Below are positions 63,739 through 64,000 of a stretch of 64,000 nucleotides of DNA, piece after piece (positions within the stretch are counted from its first letter, which is position 1; every line of letters starts with the position of its first letter). A model generated the notes under the pieces. The model was given only the letters and a program-made list of their open reading frames with translations. It was not told the origin of the DNA and ran no database searches. Location: the NCBI GenBank assembly GCA_951406725.2, contig OX597823.1, forward strand, positions 79,670,001 to 79,734,000, given 5' to 3'. The position numbers and the translations under genes are program-made. This stretch comes from Octopus vulgaris (lineage: Eukaryota).

Positions 63739-64000
63739 CCTTCGATATAACTCGACAAAATCAAAACATTTTATTTCGGGTATCTCCGTGGAAGGAAATG
63801 ACAGTTCGATTCTGTTTTCTGCTTGGAAATTTGCGGATTTTACATACACACATGAAACAGGTGACAACAAATATGCAAGGCTTTTTTTTCTTCAAGTTTA
63901 AAATGAGACATTGCTGGCATAATTTCGTTATATCTATACTCCACAACCCACGGAAATACCCGAAGTGAAATGTTTTGATTTTGTCGAGTTATATCGAAGG
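63739..64000. mobile_element. MITE with long TIRs (at least 53 bp), cut by the window end
   Basis: 63739-63791 is the near-perfect reverse complement of 63948-64000. Confidence 0.75.

Overview
AT-rich, repeat-dense metazoan genomic DNA, not prokaryotic. The SINE families and microsatellite load resemble those I recall from Octopus; the organism call is an inference. The main feature is a minus-strand, multi-exon gene for centromere protein I (CENP-I/Mis6 family). I reconstructed 18 coding exons by hand between 57892 and 13555, all with GT-AG boundaries and consistent phase, giving about 677 aa. The 5' exon(s) were not found, and a probable 3' UTR runs to about 11.6 kb. Introns and flanks hold several tRNA-derived SINE families, an internally deleted R4/Dong-like RLE LINE, RTE and Penelope-like fragments, mariner, Tc1, maT and pogo remnants, hAT and piggyBac MITEs, non-autonomous Helitrons, and a 30-bp minisatellite. 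The most interesting signals are minimal hammerhead-ribozyme motifs in Penelope-like terminal repeats, recurrent SINE-into-SINE junctions at GGTAYTT, a U12-like donor, candidate poison microexons and an alternative C-terminus in CENP-I, an E-box-rich minisatellite, and a locally templated SINE 5' junction. I found no convincing wholly new system. Family calls rest on motifs read by eye and on recalled sequences, with no database search.
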